A DNA stretch of 64,000 bases from Antedon mediterranea (taxonomy: Eukaryota; Animalia; Echinodermata), in the NCBI RefSeq assembly GCF_964355755.1, contig NC_092673.1:28703648-28767647 (forward strand). The letters run 5' to 3'. Shown here piece after piece: positions 62,310 to 64,000 of the stretch. Position 1 is the first letter of the stretch, and each line of letters starts with the position of its first letter. Both the position numbers and the translations under genes were made by a program. The notes under the pieces are model-generated. The model saw nothing but the letters and a program-made list of their open reading frames with translations, was not told the origin of the DNA and did no database searches.

Positions 62310-64000
62310 GTAAGACAACTAAACATTTTTTGAGAACAGCATTGGCGGCCCCAGTGGTTTTTCGAGAATGTTTTAAATTCTATATACTTTTTAGTTTGCT
62401 CAGGATAGCCTATTTGAGGTTGAAGATCTTAAGTTTGGTTCCCACTAGAACGCAGCGACGTATCGACGCAACGTGTTGTATTGCGTAATGACAAATGGAA
62501 ACCGACGACGCAAAAGTGCTGCAAACATCACAGGTTTATTTTACCCAGGCAACAGGAGGGCAAACACTATTATTGGAAGGGCATTTTGTAAAGCTTGGTT
62601 CCCACTAGAACGTAACGCAAAGACGTAAACGCAACGCAAGCGTTTTAACCAATGACAAGCGAAGTTAAGGTCGGTGCACACCAAACGCGAAGCCGCGAAT
62701 TTCGCGTTAAAAAGTGACGCACGCGGCAGGCGACGGACGCTTCCAGTGTGAACATACAATAGGCCATAAGCAGTAAATTCTAACGTTTCATCTCGTTCCG
62801 ATGTCATGGATCTACAATTTCTTTACATATTTAGAATAATAATTTTATAAATAACAACATATCAAAAGTTCTCCATAATCGTGTTAGACAATTTTGAGAA
62901 ATTACTGTTTTATTTTGGTACTTTATTTTAATATACACCGCGTGAGTGATTTGGTCGGGCCGAACGTTACACGTTCAAATTATCCGCAACGTCTTAAAAA
63001 CTGTACCACGTGATCGTATTTCACCAATCATGCTCTGTTTACAGATGAGGGGAATCCCCAAAACTCACACACGGCAACGTCACACGTGGACAAAAATATT
63101 CAATGATGAATGGAGCTAGACGTGGAGGAAAATTTGTTTGATTCCCCACCGAACAAATGCTACTGTAAACGAAGAAATGATGCATCTTATGATCATCCTA
63201 TTGTATTGAAATAGTCTCCTGCTCATATAAGAAATTGGATTTTTAGAATGTTACCACTTAAACCAGTGTGCTATATTAATAATATTCGTACAGAAAGGCT
63301 AGGCTAGCTAGCTACGTCTTTAGGCTCTAGCCTAAAGGCTTAAGGTAGCACACTGGCCTAGGTCTGGAGGTGTATACTAGGCTACTCTCAAGATGGCATA
63401 GGCTAGGTAGGCCCAGCAGCAGCAGCACAGTACAGTTAGGCCTGCTACTAAACTATAACTTAATGGGCTGTTATTAAGTTAAAACGGCGACAAACGGAAT
63501 ACAAAGACACAGGTGAGGATAGCATAATTTTATTTTTTAGTACATTTTGAGCAAACATAATAAATACACATTAAAATTAATATATTATTATTTATTATTA
63601 TTAATAATTACAATTGTTTGAAATAATTAATTTGGTCTGGCCTAGAGTAAGCAGGCTTTCCCTATACTGTACCTAGGCTATCCTATTTAGTATTATGCAT
63701 TCATTTTGATGGCCTGGTCCGAAGACTAGGCCTAGCTAGGCCTAGTATTCATACATCAGCCCGGTATTATTTTTATTTATAAATGCTTAATTTTAATTTA
63801 AAATAATTTATTTCATTTCAACTGTATCATTTCAATTCAATTTATATTCAATTATTTATGTCTAGGTTGTCTAGTGGAAAGGAGGCACCAAAATGCTGAA
63901 CACGTTCACTGATTCTGGTAAGTTTTGGATCCTTTTTTAATGTAGAGATGAGAAATGCCAAATGATTTATGTTTTGTTATAATTATATACAATAGTAGTA

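Overview
AT-rich, intron-dense animal DNA. The style (Nin/Deu and CORE SINEs, CR1 fragments) suggests an invertebrate deuterostome such as an echinoderm; this is inference only. Four spliced protein-coding genes were reconstructed by hand. (1) A complete NUP188 on the minus strand, 48 coding exons, 2497-29733, about 1769 aa, with one GC-AG intron. (2) A short CELSR/Flamingo-like cadherin on the minus strand, 32542-51571, about 880 aa: signal peptide, about 4 cadherin repeats, Flamingo box, 3 EGF and 1 LamG. It appears to stop with no transmembrane or 7TM part. (3) The calcium channel flower homolog CACFD1 on the plus strand, 56384-59123, 190 aa. (4) The 5' part of a PLP-dependent class-V aminotransferase-family C-S lyase (Egt2/CefD/L-cysteine desulfhydrase-like) on the plus strand from 61383, running off the window. 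Introns and intergenic DNA hold many non-autonomous elements: two abundant Harbinger/Tourist-like MITE families, Kolobok-, Tc1/mariner-, P- and Helitron-like elements, three SINE families and CR1/L2 3' fragments, several of them nested. The most interesting signals are the putative secreted mini-Flamingo, a tandem array of duplicated 5' splice sites in NUP188, a 68-bp-arm hairpin just after the flower stop codon, and the Egt2-like lyase. All homology calls come from recalled sequence similarity, not from database searches.
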